Source: Desulfocapsa sulfexigens DSM 10523 (lineage in GTDB: Bacteria > Desulfobacterota > Desulfobulbia > Desulfobulbales > Desulfocapsaceae). Taken from it: DNA of 32,000 nucleotides. Within the stretch, counting starts at the first letter, position 1; the number at the start of each line of letters is the position of its first letter. The translations under genes and the position numbers were made by a program. The notes beneath the pieces were generated by a model that was not told where the DNA came from, did not search any database, and was given only the letters and a program-made list of their open reading frames with translations. This document shows, in pieces, positions 8,687 through 17,517 of the stretch. The stretch spans positions 3,180,001-3,212,000 of the forward strand of contig NC_020304.1 of the NCBI RefSeq assembly GCF_000341395.1. The letters run 5' to 3'.

Positions 8687-9172
8687 TTACAACACTATTG
8701 CTCTTTCAATTAACATTGAGGTGTCTACGCCCAAAGGAAAAAAGCAACTTTCAATTGCAATCTGTCCACCTTTGCCAATCAACAAAACATGAAAATCAAA
8801 ATCCTTAAGCAATGAATAGAAATGTTCGAAGACCTCTGGCCTGGTATTGAGAGAAATTCGACACCCGTTGACAATGTGATGAAAATTTGCAAAATGGTTC
8901 AAAATCATGAAAAAACAAACGGCAGAAAAGTATCGGGTTTTTGGGTGGAGCAGTAAACCAGGATAAAAAGTCATCACGTTAATCTGTCCTGCCGTTTCAT
9001 CGAGGTTGATAGTAACTGAGCAGGAGATATCGGCTCCTGTAATTTTTTGGAAAACAAAATACTCTATTTGGGGCCCATCAATGCAGTAATTGATACCAAA
9101 ATGATCAAGAAACTGAGGGAGATGGGAGGTGATAAAAGTTGAGAAAATGCCAGGTGGGGAGGGAGTGTCCAT
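8687..9172 (-). CDS. Hypothetical protein
   Basis: 161-aa ORF with patterned hydrophobicity and no convincing overlapping competitor; no family recognised. Confidence 0.5.
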   Translation of the reverse strand: MDTPSPPGIFSTFITSHLPQFLDHFGINYCIDGPQIEYFVFQKITGADISCSVTINLDETAGQINVMTFYPGLLLHPKTRYFSAVCFFMILNHFANFHHIVNGCRISLNTRPEVFEHFYSLLKDFDFHVLLIGKGGQIAIESCFFPLGVDTSMLIERAIVL

Positions 9173-9420
9173 TACAAATCACCTTGGAAGAGGTAGAATA
9201 AGCGAAGCATGATTGGAACATTAAATTTTCCCTGTCTATTTAACACTACAACGTTCTTGAATATATAGCTCCTTATTCCTTGAGTATGCACCCTCGTAAG
9301 AGCATTTAGCTCTTTGTTGTTCAATACGTTTAAAATAAGTAGTATGTATACACTGGTAAAATCGGTAACTTTTACTATTTTAGTTTTAATGAGAAGGGGA
9401 GGCGAGTTTGTAACCGCTTA

Positions 9421-9444
9421 AATAGAGGCAAACGCTCCTCTATT
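9421..9444. repeat. Perfect 8-bp stem hairpin (possible terminator of the MipA-like gene)
   Basis: AATAGAGG-caaacgct-CCTCTATT, downstream of the minus-strand stop at 9544. No clear U tract. Confidence 0.35.
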
Positions 9445-9543
9445 GAGTTATTGACTCTTGATATATACGACTAGGCGAGTAGGTGAGGGTGTGTTTTACT
9501 TGGTACTTTTCTAACGGGAAGCAAATCCTTATCACTTCACTTT

Positions 9544-10887
9544 TTAGAAATGGTACTGAAGATAAACAATGTTGTAGTTACTGCCGCCCTTGATATTACC
9601 GAAAATCGACGAGTTGCCGAAGATGCCTGAACGGTGGTGAACGGAATAACCGAGCCAGACATCTTCCAGGGCCTGGACATGCAAGGTTTTGCCAAGATCA
9701 AAATCAAGGGAAAAATCGAGATAAAAGAGCCATTTGTTTGCTTCGATTTTCTTGCGATCCATTTCTTCCTGTTCGATGTAACTGATTTCGCCAGCATAGG
9801 AAAGACCTTCGCCCATTCCGAAGCGCCAGGTGAAAGGCCAGTCGAATGTGTAGTAATGCTTAATGGCTAACACGAATTCTTGACTTGACTGCTGGACCCC
9901 TGAATTCCAATGCCAGGCAATTCCAGGAGTCAGGTAGGATTCCAGGGGCACACCCAGAAAATCGTCGGCCAGTGGATGACCGTAAAAAATCGAGGTAAGC
10001 TGGTTATTGTCGTGGTCGCGTTCTCGATTGAAGGAAATGATGTCGCTGAGATCAGAAGGGGTGGCCCAGCCATGGGCTACACGGATATAAGGTTTGGCCT
10101 TGATGGTTGTAGAGGGCAGAGGGGGGGCATTTTGATAGCTGATTCCAAGAAAAATATTTTCCTGGAATTCATCCTCCACATAGAAGGAGTTTCTGGCATT
10201 GCTGTCAAGTCTGGTTGCTTCTATTGATCCGAGTAGGAATACATTATCAAAGAGGTGATATTTAGCCTCAATTCCCGCAATGACATCCATGCCGGAACCG
10301 ACATCATCCATGGTCAGACCATAATAATAATCGTTGAACCGTGAATCTTTGAAACGCAAGCCCATGTAAGGACTCATGATTATATTACCACCGTTTATCT
10401 CAAAGCCAACCAGCCAGTTTGACGACAGGCGCTGCCTTTCATCTGTCATGAGATCAACCTTAAAAAAAAGAGGGGTTTGATCGGCCTGATAGTGAATCTG
10501 AAGGCCCCAATCCAGGACATCAGTGTCGATCTGAGCATCGTAGGTGTCGTCAGGAACATCAAAAAAGCGCCAGCGAGCCAGGAGACGTAATTGCCAATTA
10601 TCACGGGTCAGTAACTTGATTCCGCCTTCAAGGCCGTCAAGGAAAAGATACTCACCTTCAAAATAGAGTAGGGGAATAAAGTCGTTTTTTGAAGAGTCAT
10701 CACCTTTGAATGGAATAGAGGCCATCCTTGCCGCGAAGCCTATTCCCCATTTCTCCTCTTTGTGTTCAAAAATTGAAGGGGTAGTGTCTAGGTGGGAAGA
10801 AGTGGGTTCTAAGGCCATGGCCCCGGTACAAAAAACAAGGGGAAAAGAAATGAGTAAGAGAATAAGGGTTTTTGTCGATATTTTCAT
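9544..10887 (-). CDS. Outer-membrane beta-barrel protein, MipA/OmpV-like
   Basis: Signal peptide MKISTKTLILLLISFPLVFCTGAMA; amphipathic strand pattern (GLEGGIKLLTRDNWQLRLLARWRF, PYMGLRFKDSRFNDYYYG); terminates in NYNIVYLQYHF with C-terminal Phe as in barrel proteins. Confidence 0.65.
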   Translation of the reverse strand: MKISTKTLILLLISFPLVFCTGAMALEPTSSHLDTTPSIFEHKEEKWGIGFAARMASIPFKGDDSSKNDFIPLLYFEGEYLFLDGLEGGIKLLTRDNWQLRLLARWRFFDVPDDTYDAQIDTDVLDWGLQIHYQADQTPLFFKVDLMTDERQRLSSNWLVGFEINGGNIIMSPYMGLRFKDSRFNDYYYGLTMDDVGSGMDVIAGIEAKYHLFDNVFLLGSIEATRLDSNARNSFYVEDEFQENIFLGISYQNAPPLPSTTIKAKPYIRVAHGWATPSDLSDIISFNRERDHDNNQLTSIFYGHPLADDFLGVPLESYLTPGIAWHWNSGVQQSSQEFVLAIKHYYTFDWPFTWRFGMGEGLSYAGEISYIEQEEMDRKKIEANKWLFYLDFSLDFDLGKTLHVQALEDVWLGYSVHHRSGIFGNSSIFGNIKGGSNYNIVYLQYHF

Positions 10888-11455
10888 AACAAAGCACCTG
10901 TAAAGTGGGTCTCAATGACAACAGAGCTGGTTAATTAAAGGAAAGAGTTCGTCGGGAGATTCGGGTGATCTCAGGAGAGAAGTATAATTGAAAAAGAGCC
11001 TGCCCTTAAAACTTTTTGTAGAATTCATACCATAAATTTGATATTGGCAAAACCCTTTTACTTAAAAATTTTTTGGGCTCTCGGGTCTTGTCTCACTGCG
11101 ATTTTTAGCGTTTGTGGTGTAGCCCTGCGTGAATTAGAACTCTCCATCATTTGAAAATAGTACAGGGTTGGACTATCAGTTTTTGGTGATCTGGTGGATT
11201 AGGATCATTTCTTGAAACTGGCTTGCAGGGAGCGAGGACAGGTGCTTATTGTATGTTTTTTATGGGGACCGCTATGTAGATAAAAGTCCTTGGTTGGTTG
11301 GTCTCTTTTTTGTGTCTTACATCGTATACTGCAGAAGCAAGATCACTTAGTAATTACCCATATCCGCAAAAACAGAATTTATGCTATTTACACGTTACCC
11401 TAAGGTTTTTCTGTTTGGGATAGTAAACAAATGATATTAAATTAAACATTGTCCC

Positions 11456-12364
11456 ATGATTAGAAGAAATTCCAGATACAGGTTTTCAAAGAGATACCTC
11501 CTTCTCATTTTCTGTCTTCTCCTGCTCGTTCCTCGCAATGGTCAGGCAGCTGCCGCGAATATGAAGGAGGAAGGTAACAGCTATTACTCCAGCAACCGCT
11601 ATCTCAGTGATCCTGATCTCAAAGAACTGTTCAGAGATCAGCCGAAAAAAGATACTTTTGACCTGAATGTATACTATGATTCCCTGGAGCCTCCGCACCA
11701 GGATGGTTTGTTGGGGAGATATTCTGTTCTGATGGAGGATTCTTTCTATTTCCTTATCCCAGCTTTTACTGTTTTGGGTGTACTCTACCTTATGCCTGAA
11801 GGTGTCAGTAATTGGGATTGTGATGAAATCACCTGGAATGAGTCCTTGGAGGACTGGAATGAGAATGTAAGTTCCTGGCGAATGGATCCGGATGAGGCTT
11901 GGATTAACTTTGTAGGTCATCCTTACTTTGGATCCACCTATTTTATTTACGCAAGGCATTACGGGTATTCACGACTTGAATCACTATTCTTTTCTTTTGC
12001 GATCTCTTCAGTATATGAAATAGGTCTTGAGGCCTGGGCTGAACCGGTTTCTATCCAGGATATGATAGTTACCCCTCTTCTTGGCTGGGGCCTTGCCGAG
12101 GTACTTCTTCCTATTGAACATCACATTAAAGAAAACAAGGGAAGGGTCTTTAATAGTCGTATTCTCGGGGCCACAGCTCTTTTTCTGGTTGACCCGTTTG
12201 GTCATGTAGTACCGCCTCTCAAAAGATGGATGGATTCTCTATTTTCCTCGGATACTAAAGTTAGCTTTATTCCCACCTACAGTAGAACAAATCGAATCAC
12301 TCAGGATGACCGGCAAAAGTCGCATGAAGAACGATACGGATTTCAGTTGACCATTCAGTGGTAA
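11456..12364 (+). CDS. DUF3943 domain-containing protein
   Basis: Signal/anchor then LEDWNENVSSWRMDPDEAWINFVGHPYFGSTYFIYARHYGYSRLESLFFSFAISSVYEIGLEAWAEPVSIQDMIVTPLLG, which fits the DUF3943 family pattern. Confidence 0.75.
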   Translation: MIRRNSRYRFSKRYLLLIFCLLLLVPRNGQAAAANMKEEGNSYYSSNRYLSDPDLKELFRDQPKKDTFDLNVYYDSLEPPHQDGLLGRYSVLMEDSFYFLIPAFTVLGVLYLMPEGVSNWDCDEITWNESLEDWNENVSSWRMDPDEAWINFVGHPYFGSTYFIYARHYGYSRLESLFFSFAISSVYEIGLEAWAEPVSIQDMIVTPLLGWGLAEVLLPIEHHIKENKGRVFNSRILGATALFLVDPFGHVVPPLKRWMDSLFSSDTKVSFIPTYSRTNRITQDDRQKSHEERYGFQLTIQW

Positions 12365-12459
12365 CTAAAATCTCTCTCTTTTCCCACTAGACATGGCTTT
12401 GTGTAATCAACCAATAACAACAGCTTCACAATAAAAAAAACAATCTGTTGGAGACAAAT

Positions 12460-13692
12460 TTGAATTTTAAAAACAAGGATCTCTGTAAAATCAGGACAAT
12501 AACAACATTTTTATCATTAACTGATGACAAATCAGAGTGGAAGAAACAAATTTTAAAGGCATCTTCTTTTTGTTCTCACCTCTCTGCCAGATTTCTGGAG
12601 CATGGGTATGCCGTTCAATCTGTAAGAATTGTCACAAACCCATTTGGTGAATATTTAAACACCGAGAGCCTGGAAGGTGCCAAAGAAGATTTATCCTATT
12701 TGAGTCTCCTCCTTGCTTCCTCTGATTTGTCAGGGATTCGTGTTAGGTTTGCTATTGGAGAAGCACGGACTCAAACTGAGATAACTCTTTTACCTGAATT
12801 GGTTAAGGAGTTTGGGGATCTCTGTAATGTCTGTGTCAATGTTGGAATTGATGCAGCTGGTATTCTCAACAATCACCTCATCAGAAGTTCTGCCGAAGCG
12901 GTTTCAGAGATCAGTAAAATAACCCCCCGAGGTGAAGGAAATTTTAATTTTACCGTGAATTTTAATTGTGATCCGTTAATACCGTATTTTCCAGCAGGGT
13001 ATCATAAAAAAGAGATAGGGGATTGTTTTGTCATAGGTTTGGAAACTCCTGACCTGCTTGTCACAGTACTGAAAGATTTTAACCGAAAAGCGGAGACCAG
13101 CGACCATAATGATTTGTTTAAGGAATACTTCCAGGTAATGAGTGAGGCACTTCAATATCATATAACAATGATAAATGAAGTTGTTAAACAATTTGAGACA
13201 AATAAAGAATTCACCTTCTCAGGTTTTGACAGCTCGGCGGCACCTTCCAAAAACTGTTCCAGCATGGTTGAAGTTTATGAACAGATGGGTGTTGAGTATT
13301 TCGGTGCTTCTGGCACCGTCGAAGCATCGTCATTATTAACGAAAGTATTTAAATCGATTACCGGGGTGAATCTTGTCGGGTTCTCTGGGCTCATGCTGGC
13401 CTTGACGGAAGACACTGGTCTTGCTCGTGGAACTGTAGATTCAAATTATGACATCCGTTCGCTGTTAACTTACAGTGCTGTTTGTGGAATAGGATTGGAT
13501 ACCGTGCCAATTCCAGGTGATACGTCAATTGAAAAGATTTCTGCATTAATGCGCGATACTGGAACAATGGCCTTTCGATTAAATAAACCGTTAACTGTCC
13601 GGCTGTTTCCCGTTCCAGGGTTAAAGGCGGGGGATAGGACTGTCTTTGAAAGTGATGATCTCTGTAACTGTGCCGTACTGGATGTTCCGTAA
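12460..13692 (+). CDS. DUF711 (UPF0210) family protein
   Basis: Recognisable UPF0210 features (PFGEYLNTESLEGAKEDLSYLSLLLASSDLSGIRVRFAIGEART; GFSGLMLALTEDTGLA; TYSAVCGIGLDTVPIPGDTS). Probable TTG start at 12460 with GGAG just upstream, instead of the TTG at 12448. Confidence 0.8.
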   Translation: MNFKNKDLCKIRTITTFLSLTDDKSEWKKQILKASSFCSHLSARFLEHGYAVQSVRIVTNPFGEYLNTESLEGAKEDLSYLSLLLASSDLSGIRVRFAIGEARTQTEITLLPELVKEFGDLCNVCVNVGIDAAGILNNHLIRSSAEAVSEISKITPRGEGNFNFTVNFNCDPLIPYFPAGYHKKEIGDCFVIGLETPDLLVTVLKDFNRKAETSDHNDLFKEYFQVMSEALQYHITMINEVVKQFETNKEFTFSGFDSSAAPSKNCSSMVEVYEQMGVEYFGASGTVEASSLLTKVFKSITGVNLVGFSGLMLALTEDTGLARGTVDSNYDIRSLLTYSAVCGIGLDTVPIPGDTSIEKISALMRDTGTMAFRLNKPLTVRLFPVPGLKAGDRTVFESDDLCNCAVLDVP

Positions 13693-13718
13693 CAAACACT
13701 TCCTTCTTAACGTCCTAT

Positions 13719-13758
13719 AACGGGAAGATTTCCGTTCTCCTGTGCTTTTGCAAAAGCA
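13719..13758. repeat. Two adjacent inverted repeats at a convergent gene junction
   Basis: AACGGgAA-gat-TTCCGTT (13719-13736) and perfect 16-bp palindrome TGCTTTTGCAAAAGCA (13743-13758), immediately 3' of the hybrid kinase stop. Confidence 0.5.
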
Positions 13759-13761
13759 GAA

Positions 13762-15741
13762 TCAGCTTTTGTCAGAGAAAAGGCATTTATTAAGGATTGT
13801 TTTCAGTTCTTCCACCAGGAAAGGCTTCGGAACCACACCACAAAAACCATACTGCCTGTAGTTTGCCATGACAGGATCGTTGGCATATCCGCTGGATACC
13901 AGGGCTTTGACTTTTGGATCAAAAGCCTGAATCTTCTCCAGTGTTTCCAACCCTCCCATACTTCCTGGAATGGTAAGATCCATGATCAGGATATCAAATG
14001 GGTTTTTATTTTTCTGTGCTTCAATATAGGATTTGATCGTTTCATGTCCATCTGATACAGCAACACTTTCACAGCCTAGATAGTTCAGGATTTCAATCAA
14101 CATATCCCGAACTATTGCTTCATCATCCATGATAAGCACACGTCCTTTGACAGGTGAAGGGGACTCTGTTTTTTCTGGATCGACTGAAGATGAGATTTCT
14201 GCGTGTGGCCTGGCAGGAAGGTAGATGGTGAATGTGGTACCTCTATCTATTTGAGACTTCACCTGAATAAGGCCATCGTGATTTTTAATAATTGAGTAGG
14301 AAATTGCCAGACCCAGGCCGCTTCCAGATTCCTTGCTTGAAAAATAAGGATCAAAAATTTTGGCGAGATGTTCTTTGGGGATACCACAGCCCTGATCCTC
14401 AAATTGCAGCTTCACATACTCTCCTGCTGGAAGAGATGTGCCTGAATTTAACCCAATAACTTCATTCTCCCCACGTATAGTTATAGTTCCGCCATGTTCC
14501 ATGGATTGGCTGGAGTTAATGACCAGATTCTGGGTAACCTGACTCATTTGACCTTCATCAACCTCAACCGGCCATAAATTTTCAGGAAAATCAAAAAGGC
14601 ATTTAACCCTGGAACCTCTGAGGACAAAAGCAGTTGAGTCAGTAATAAGGGCACCAATGGTTGCAGTGCGTTTTATTGGCGCTCCCCCCTTGGAAAAGGT
14701 GAGTAGTTGCTGAGTCAGGCCTTTGGCACGAAGAGTGGCACGTTCTGTGTTTTCGAGATAGTTATTGATTTTTTCGAGGTTATTGAGAGACATCTTCGCC
14801 AGGGAGACGTTGCCAAGAATGGCAGTGAGAAGGTTGTTGAAATCGTGGGCAATCCCCCCAGCCAGAACTCCGAGTGATTCGATTTTCTGAGCCTTGTGCA
14901 GTTCCTCTTCCATACGTTTCTTCTGAGTTACGTCACGAAAAATACATTGCGTACGAACAGGCTTGCCATCGACAAATTTGCATATGGCATTCCCCTCTAT
15001 ACTAATATCTCGACCATCTTTTGACGTAAAGACAGTGTCAATATAGTTGATTTTTGGTTCAGAGATAACTTTCTTAAAAACAGCTTCACAGTGGTTCTGA
15101 CAGGTGGGGGAAATAAGGTTGAAAATGGAAAGGTTTGCAACCTCTTCTTTACTGTAGCCGAAGGTTTCTCTCCAGGCACGGTTTACGTAAAGAAGCTGGC
15201 CTTCTGGAGATACCAGTTGAATGAGATCTGTCGTATTTTCAAAGAGTTCTCGATAACGTTCTTCGCTTTCAAGAAGTGCATTGGCATTTATCTGGTGTTC
15301 ACTGATATCCCTGAAAACACCTGTCATGTTTACAGGATTATTATTAACAAATCGGGTGGAGCAACGACCTTCCACATTGACTTCACGGCCGTTTTTGGCA
15401 ATGAATGTGGTAGTGTTTCGGTCTATTCTTTCTCCAGCCAGGAGATCCTGAAAGATAAGCTGACATTCCCCCTTACATTTTGGGTCAACTATGTCCATAA
15501 GCCTGATAGTCTTCAGGTCTTCGTCGTTGTAGCCAAGGGTTTCCTGCCATGCCTGATTTACAAAGAGAAATTTACCATCCGGGGAGACGGAATGAATAAG
15601 ATCCGAGGTGTTTCTATTTAGAGCATCGAAAAATTCAGCTTTATTGGCTAGAGAAGCAATTAATACCTGCTGCCTTGCAATTGTCTCCTCCAACTCTTTA
15701 ATCTTTTGGGGAGTATTTGTTGAGTCGATTTTTTGTATCAT
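13762..15741 (-). CDS. Cytoplasmic hybrid histidine kinase, PAS-PAS-HisKA-HATPase-REC
   Basis: Two PAS repeats (DGKFLFVNQAWQETLGY... and EGQLLYVNRAWRETFGY...), H-box [14 protein letters not shown], HATPase EGQMSQVTQNLVINS and DQGCGIP, C-terminal receiver RVLIMDDEAIVRDML...LIMDLTIPGSMGG. No TM segment. Confidence 0.93.
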   Translation of the reverse strand: MIQKIDSTNTPQKIKELEETIARQQVLIASLANKAEFFDALNRNTSDLIHSVSPDGKFLFVNQAWQETLGYNDEDLKTIRLMDIVDPKCKGECQLIFQDLLAGERIDRNTTTFIAKNGREVNVEGRCSTRFVNNNPVNMTGVFRDISEHQINANALLESEERYRELFENTTDLIQLVSPEGQLLYVNRAWRETFGYSKEEVANLSIFNLISPTCQNHCEAVFKKVISEPKINYIDTVFTSKDGRDISIEGNAICKFVDGKPVRTQCIFRDVTQKKRMEEELHKAQKIESLGVLAGGIAHDFNNLLTAILGNVSLAKMSLNNLEKINNYLENTERATLRAKGLTQQLLTFSKGGAPIKRTATIGALITDSTAFVLRGSRVKCLFDFPENLWPVEVDEGQMSQVTQNLVINSSQSMEHGGTITIRGENEVIGLNSGTSLPAGEYVKLQFEDQGCGIPKEHLAKIFDPYFSSKESGSGLGLAISYSIIKNHDGLIQVKSQIDRGTTFTIYLPARPHAEISSSVDPEKTESPSPVKGRVLIMDDEAIVRDMLIEILNYLGCESVAVSDGHETIKSYIEAQKNKNPFDILIMDLTIPGSMGGLETLEKIQAFDPKVKALVSSGYANDPVMANYRQYGFCGVVPKPFLVEELKTILNKCLFSDKS

Positions 15742-15933
15742 TAGTGTACGATTTTCTCCTTGTTAAAAACTCACGTAAGAATAGTTAATCAGATCAATTT
15801 GAGGAAAACAAGTATTAAAAAATATTACTTAACACAAATGTGTAGCATGAGTTGTAATGAGTAAGCACTATGTCATATCAAGGTACTCATTGGATATAGA
15901 TTTCAAAACTTCCGAGAATTATAATTTTTGATA

Positions 15934-15963
15934 TTGACATTAACGCAATCTTGCGAGTATGTA
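15934..15963 (+). promoter_or_regulatory. Putative promoter of the marR-RND operon with embedded inverted repeat
   Basis: TTGACA (15934-15939), 18-nt spacer, TATGTA (15958-15963); inverted repeat CGCAA-tc-TTGCG (15944-15955) sits inside the spacer. Confidence 0.4.
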
Positions 15964-15994
15964 GTTGTCTGGTTAAACATTAAGGAGGCAACTA

Positions 15995-16432
15995 ATGGCC
16001 AAATGCGAAAGAAAACCTATTGGAAGACTGCTCTACATGACCGCCCAGGCTATGACTCTCCATGCGGAGAAAGTTCTCAAGCCTTACGATATGACGGTTG
16101 AGCAACTTCATATATTAAAGAACATGGATGAAAACACAGCTCTTTCCCATCAGGAACTCAGTAAAATTGTTCAGAAGAGTGCAGCCAACGTGACACGAAT
16201 TCTTGATCGCCTGGAAAGGAAAAATTATATACGAAGAGAAAAAAATCCTAAAGACAGGCGCTCCATTCTTGTCCTTATAACTGCACAAGGGAGGGATCTT
16301 GTTGCAGAGGTAAGTCTAGTCTTGGAAGCCTTCACCAAGCAGCTGACCAGAGGGATAACCATAGAGGAGCAGGATCTTTTTACTCAAATTCTCTGCACCA
16401 TGCAGGGTAACCTGGAGACAACTATAAAATGA
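15995..16432 (+). CDS. MarR family transcriptional regulator
   Basis: Winged helix core LSHQELSKIVQKSAANVTRILDRLERKNYIRREKNPKDRRSILVLITAQG; RBS aaggagg 6 nt upstream of ATG. Confidence 0.93.
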   Translation: MAKCERKPIGRLLYMTAQAMTLHAEKVLKPYDMTVEQLHILKNMDENTALSHQELSKIVQKSAANVTRILDRLERKNYIRREKNPKDRRSILVLITAQGRDLVAEVSLVLEAFTKQLTRGITIEEQDLFTQILCTMQGNLETTIK

Positions 16433-17517
16433 CATACTTTACAATCCCCGTTCAGAAGAGCTTTTTCCTCCAAACCCTTTTTACCTCGCTTGTTCTTTTT
16501 CTTTTCTTTTCACCCCTTCATGCTCAGGAACAACCACCAGCTTCCGTGGTCGTTACAAAAGTTACCCAGGAGGCCATTGCCGAGACCCAGACAGTCATTG
16601 GTACTCTTTTTTATGACAGAATCAGCGATATATCCACTGAAGTGACTGGCCTTGTAGATGAGGTACTGGTTCGCCAAGGTGATCAGGTGAAACAGGGTGA
16701 TATCTTGGTTCGACTTGACACAAAGCTTCTCGACAGTGATATCTCCCTCAAGAAAACTCGTATAGCCCAGAATGATCTTAGGATGCAAAATACTGAGAAA
16801 AACTTCAAACGGCTGGAAATTCTCTACAAGGAATCCGGAGTCAGTGAAAAAGACTATGATGATGCCCGATACACCTTTGAGGATGCAAAACTTGAAAGAC
16901 AGGCACGCCAGGATGAGTTGTCCAATTTAATGATTAAAAAAGAACGATCGGTCATTTGTGCACCATTTACCGGTATTATTCTCACAAAGGATGTGGACAC
17001 AGGTGCATGGGTGCAGCAGGGTAGAAAACTTGTCTCTCTAGGTTCCAGTGCTGATCTTTTTGTCAAGGCACCAATAGGAGAGTCTTTGCTGCGTTTTTTT
17101 AACAAAGGACAAAAATTATCTGTCAGTATTGATGCTTTAGAACGAAAAGTTGACGGGATTGTTGAAGACATCGACCCGGTTGCTGACCTTAAGACCAAGA
17201 CAATTTTTGTTAAGATCCGGATTCCTGCTCAGGGTATAATAGCTGCGAATATGTCAGCAACAGTACACCTCCCTGCAAGCTTTGAGAAGAATCTCAGGAT
17301 AATCCCCCGTGCTGCACTTATCAAGTTTCAGGGAGAAGATTTTATTTACAGCATCAAAGATGACAAGGCAGCCATTATGCCGGTCCATATCGTTTCGTAT
17401 ATGGGTGACAAAGTAGGGGTGGACAGTCCTCATATCGTTGCTGGTATGCCTGTGGTGATCGAAGGGAATGAACGGCTGCGTCCAGATCAGGCTGTTCGGG
17501 TTACAGGAGAAAAGTAA
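16429..17517 (+). CDS. RND efflux periplasmic adaptor (membrane fusion protein)
   Basis: Signal sequence, lipoyl-like EVTGLVDEVLVRQGDQVKQGDILVRLD, ERSVICAPFTGII, AWVQQGRKLVSLGS; start overlaps marR stop (ATGA). Confidence 0.93.
   Translation: MTYFTIPVQKSFFLQTLFTSLVLFLFFSPLHAQEQPPASVVVTKVTQEAIAETQTVIGTLFYDRISDISTEVTGLVDEVLVRQGDQVKQGDILVRLDTKLLDSDISLKKTRIAQNDLRMQNTEKNFKRLEILYKESGVSEKDYDDARYTFEDAKLERQARQDELSNLMIKKERSVICAPFTGIILTKDVDTGAWVQQGRKLVSLGSSADLFVKAPIGESLLRFFNKGQKLSVSIDALERKVDGIVEDIDPVADLKTKTIFVKIRIPAQGIIAANMSATVHLPASFEKNLRIIPRAALIKFQGEDFIYSIKDDKAAIMPVHIVSYMGDKVGVDSPHIVAGMPVVIEGNERLRPDQAVRVTGEK

Noticed and set aside
11290-11302. TTGG tandem repeat (ttggttggttgg)
   Set aside because: Three copies of a 4-mer only; low-complexity chance repeat.
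15091-15621. 176-aa plus-strand ORF opposite the PAS-PAS hybrid kinase
   Set aside because: Antisense to strongly supported PAS/kinase coding sequence; composition is typical of a complementary-strand artefact.
15832-15843. ACACA-aa-TGTGT inverted repeat between the hybrid kinase and marR
   Set aside because: Short arms in AT-rich sequence; not distinctive enough to call as a regulatory site without conservation data.
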